DNA of 64,000 nt from an uncultured Chloroflexia bacterium (GTDB taxonomy: Bacteria > Chloroflexota > Chloroflexia > DTKN01): the NCBI GenBank assembly GCA_964592645.1, contig CAZQFV010000016.1, positions 2,282 to 66,281 of the forward strand, read 5' to 3'. This document shows positions 61,274 to 64,000 of the stretch, piece after piece; the stretch's first letter is position 1, and the number at the start of each line of letters is the position of its first letter. Under the pieces are notes generated by a model. The model searched no databases, was not told the DNA's origin, and saw only the letters and a program-made list of their open reading frames with translations. Both the position numbers and the translations under genes were made by a program.

Positions 61274-63352
61274 TCACGGCCCCCGGCACGCCGACAGCCC
61301 CGCCCGGGCGCCTTCCAGCCCCGGATCCACCGCCAGCGCCCGCTCGAAATACGGCACCGCCGCCGCACACCCCACCGTCGCCTGCAGGTGCAGCCCCCGC
61401 CATTGCCAGAAGCGCGCATACTTGGCTACCGCCTTCTGCGTCAACTCGTCGTGATAGCGCCCATCGCCCAGCGCCGGCTGCACCAGGACCTCCTCCCGCA
61501 CCTCCCCGGCCGGCCCCAGGCGCAGCGCCAACGCCTGCGGCACCCAGGCATACCCATCGCCAACCCCTCCCACCACCGGCAGCCGGGCCCCGGAGAACGA
61601 GGCCAGGTAGCGCTCGTCCACCGTCACCGGGTAGGCGTACTCCACATCGCCGGTCAGCAGGGCCGGCCGACCCTCCGCCATCGCCGCCTCCAACAGGGCC
61701 TGGCCCAGCGCCTCGAAACGGGCCTGGATCGCCGCCGGGTCGTAGGGCCGGCTCTCCTCGAACTTGACCAGCTCCACCCGGTAGCCCGCCAGCGCCCTCC
61801 CGGCCCCCGCCACCAGCCACGGGTGCCGTCGCGCCAGCGTCTCCAGGTACCAGCTCCGCCGCAGCAGCTCCTGGTCGACCAAGACGACATCGGGCCGCAC
61901 CCCCTCCACCTGTTGCAGGTAGTAGGCCGGGGCAAAGAGGTTCCAATCGCGCGTCAGGACAAAGGACTCCGGCGGCAGGTTGTCCAGCACATCGCGGGCG
62001 TAGGCTTCGGCATAGGTGTAGGCGCGGCGGTCGCACAGGGGCAGATGGGCCAGCAGCGGCCACAGAGACAGGAGCGCCAGCATGCCGGCCAGGGGTACGG
62101 TCAGCGGCGCGGACCACCGGCCCCCTTCCGGCCCGGCAACGCCTCGTTTCCTGGGCACCCGCGCCGGGCGCCTCCCGGCGGCCCACTCCACGACTTGGGC
62201 CATTCCATGCCCCATCCACACCGCCAGCACCAGGAACAGCAGCAGGTAGTAGGTCTCCTGGTCCTCGGCGATCTCGTAGCTCAAGGCGTAGGACAGGACC
62301 AACCCCGCCCCCACCAGACTGCCCCAGGCCAGCACCCGGCGCCGCCGGAAGAGCCGATAGAGCCCCACCGGGGCCAAGAGGAGCGGCAAGGGGGTGAACT
62401 CGGCCCACAGCCGCGGCAGGAAAAACCCCAACTGATCCATCCAGACCGCCGGCCCCGGGGCAAAGTTGACCTGGTATTGCTTTCCGCTGACGTGCCGCCA
62501 GAAGCGTACCGCCGTGGTGATCCCTCCCCAGTTGAGCGGCGGCAGGGCGGCGGCGCGCAGCGGCAGGTAGAGGTAGATGCTCAGACCGAGCAGGAAGAGG
62601 CCGGCCCACAGCAGCAGCCGTCCCCAGCGCCAGAAGGCGCGGCCCTCCTCCAGGAGGATCACCAGGAAAACCGCGGCGGCGATAAAGAGCAGCGTCAGGT
62701 GCCCGCCCAGGCCCAGGCCGGCCAGCAGCGCCGCGCCGGCAGCCAGGCGGCCTGCCTGCCGCCGATCGCCCCGCTCGCGGGCCCGCAGATACAGCGCCAG
62801 CAGCAGGAGCAGCGCCGCCGCCAGGGCCATGTTCAGGGCATAGACCTCGGTTTGGGTAGCCTGCTCCCAAAGGGTGCGCGAGGTCGCCAGCAGGCCGGCG
62901 CCGGCCAGGGACAGGAGAAAGGTGGCGACATGCGCCGCCGCGCCGCGCCCCCCCCGCCGTGCCGGCGCCAGTTCCAGGCCCAGCGCCAGCCCCGCCCCGA
63001 GCAGGCCCACCGCGGCCGCGCCACAGACGGCGGAGAAGGCATTCAGCCGCAGCACCACCCGGCCCACAGGCACGAGCAGCGTAAAGAGCTTGCCCAGCAG
63101 CAGGTAGAGCGGGAACCCCGGCGGATGGGCCACGTCCAGAAAGTGCACCGCCGCCGCCAGCTCGCCGGCGTCGGCAAAGGTCACCGTGGGCGCCAGGGTA
63201 CCCAGGTAGAGGGCCAACGCCAGCCCTCCGGCGAGCAGCCCCACGCCCAGGGGCAACCAGCGGTGTAGGCGCACCACCCTCTCCCGCGGCAGGACATCCG
63301 CCGGAAGGGGTCTCGAAAGGCGCCGTCGCGTGCGGCTGCGATTAGCCGGCAT
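61274..63352 (-). CDS. DUF2723-like polytopic membrane protein (glycosyltransferase-like) with a TPR-like C-terminus
   Basis: ATG at 63352. The motif AHPPGFPLYLLLGKLF is present, with many TM helices. The overlapping 626-aa and 633-aa track ORFs are shadows. Confidence 0.75.
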   Translation of the reverse strand: MPANRSRTRRRLSRPLPADVLPRERVVRLHRWLPLGVGLLAGGLALALYLGTLAPTVTFADAGELAAAVHFLDVAHPPGFPLYLLLGKLFTLLVPVGRVVLRLNAFSAVCGAAAVGLLGAGLALGLELAPARRGGRGAAAHVATFLLSLAGAGLLATSRTLWEQATQTEVYALNMALAAALLLLLALYLRARERGDRRQAGRLAAGAALLAGLGLGGHLTLLFIAAAVFLVILLEEGRAFWRWGRLLLWAGLFLLGLSIYLYLPLRAAALPPLNWGGITTAVRFWRHVSGKQYQVNFAPGPAVWMDQLGFFLPRLWAEFTPLPLLLAPVGLYRLFRRRRVLAWGSLVGAGLVLSYALSYEIAEDQETYYLLLFLVLAVWMGHGMAQVVEWAAGRRPARVPRKRGVAGPEGGRWSAPLTVPLAGMLALLSLWPLLAHLPLCDRRAYTYAEAYARDVLDNLPPESFVLTRDWNLFAPAYYLQQVEGVRPDVVLVDQELLRRSWYLETLARRHPWLVAGAGRALAGYRVELVKFEESRPYDPAAIQARFEALGQALLEAAMAEGRPALLTGDVEYAYPVTVDERYLASFSGARLPVVGGVGDGYAWVPQALALRLGPAGEVREEVLVQPALGDGRYHDELTQKAVAKYARFWQWRGLHLQATVGCAAAVPYFERALAVDPGLEGARAGLSACRGP

Positions 63353-63707
63353 TGGCCCTCCTGTCCCAATCCATCGTCATCGGCTTGCATTATACCACAC
63401 CCCATATAGGGAGGGGGCAACCGGCCGGCGGAGAACCGCGGTTCTCTCCGGGCCGGCCGCCGGGCAGCAGCGCCACCGGGCACACGGAAAAATCAGCCGC
63501 CCCCATCGGACGGCACGGGCCGGACTGGGCCTCTATGGCCGGCATGTTCCTGGCCTCGGGCAAGAACATGTGCTATAATAGAATCGGCCAAGCAGTTTCT
63601 GCGTATACTGCCGGGAACCATGTGCCCTGGATTACCGCCGCCGCAACGGCCGCGGCCTACAATATCATAGATGTCCCTCCTTTCCCTGGGGCATCAGGAG
63701 TAAACCT

Positions 63708-64000
63708 ATGTTGCGCTTTGACCGTTTGACCGAACAGGCCCAGGAAGCTCTGCAGATGGCCCAAGAGCTGATGCAGCAGTACCAGCACAACCAGCTCGAT
63801 GTCGAGCACGTCTTCCTGGCCCTCATCCGCCAGGAAGATGGCGTGACCCGCACCATCCTGGAGAAACTGGGCGCCAACCTGCTCAGCATGGAGGAGCGAC
63901 TGGAGATGGAGCTGGGCAATATGCCGCGCAGCTTTCGCCCACCGGCCTATAGCCCCCCCACCCAGGTCTACCTGACCCCGCGGGCCAAGTGGATCTTTGA
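63708..64000 (+). CDS. clpB: ATP-dependent chaperone ClpB, 5' partial (runs off the window)
   Basis: ATG at 63708 follows AGGAG. The Clp_N repeat is RFDRLTEQAQEALQMAQELMQQYQHNQLDVEHVFLALIRQEDG. Confidence 0.75.
   Translation, partial: MLRFDRLTEQAQEALQMAQELMQQYQHNQLDVEHVFLALIRQEDGVTRTILEKLGANLLSMEERLEMELGNMPRSFRPPAYSPPTQVYLTPRAKWIF

Noticed and set aside
60969-63268. 626-aa plus-strand and 633-aa minus-strand ORFs overlapping the DUF2723-like gene
   Set aside because: Their composition is shadow-like. Only the 61274-63352 frame gives TM helices and the HPPGFPLY motif.
1-64000. CRISPR arrays, rRNA genes, IS elements with transposases
   Set aside because: I saw no regularly spaced short direct repeats, no rRNA-like conserved segments, and no DDE or IS-type transposase ORF.

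Overview
High-G+C bacterial DNA with strong GGAGG-type ribosome-binding sites. I cannot assign a taxon from the sequence. The window has three parts. (1) nt 1-8030: the 3' end of a type-1 BREX locus (pglZ cut by the window edge, then brxL). It is followed by a small accessory patch: a RusA-like/DUF3024 fusion, a TIM-barrel isomerase, and a P-loop ATPase with a nuclease-like C-terminus plus an antitoxin-like gene, both behind a perfect 22-bp AT-rich palindrome. (2) nt ~8092-60255: a ~52-kb block, almost entirely on the minus strand, ending at a tRNA-Gly(CCC) gene (60256-60328). I read it as an integrated plasmid/ICE-like element made of four modules. The first is an establishment module (sliding clamp, RadC, AEP primase, methylase-SNF2 helicase fusion, SSB). 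The second is a mixed-strand cargo islet (20.4-27.6 kb) with a tyrosine integrase, VapBC, DUF433/DUF5615 and AbiE remnants, and several visibly decayed genes. The third is an ~18-kb operon that joins a Tad/Flp pilus gene set to a 1345-aa HerA/VirB4-like ATPase and surface proteins. The fourth is a replication/partition module (ParA, ParB, DnaB, OB-fold paralogues, wHTH organiser proteins). I recognised no relaxase, no VirD4-type coupling protein and no phage structural gene. The Tad + giant ATPase operon is therefore my best candidate for an undescribed DNA-transfer system. (3) nt 60443-64000: ordinary-looking genes (DUF218/YdcF-like, DUF2723-like membrane protein, 5' end of clpB). There is no rRNA and no CRISPR array. 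Many long ORFs in the supplied track are off-frame or antisense shadow ORFs, as is typical of high-G+C DNA, and I discarded them. All family names come from motif recognition by eye and memory; I ran no searches.
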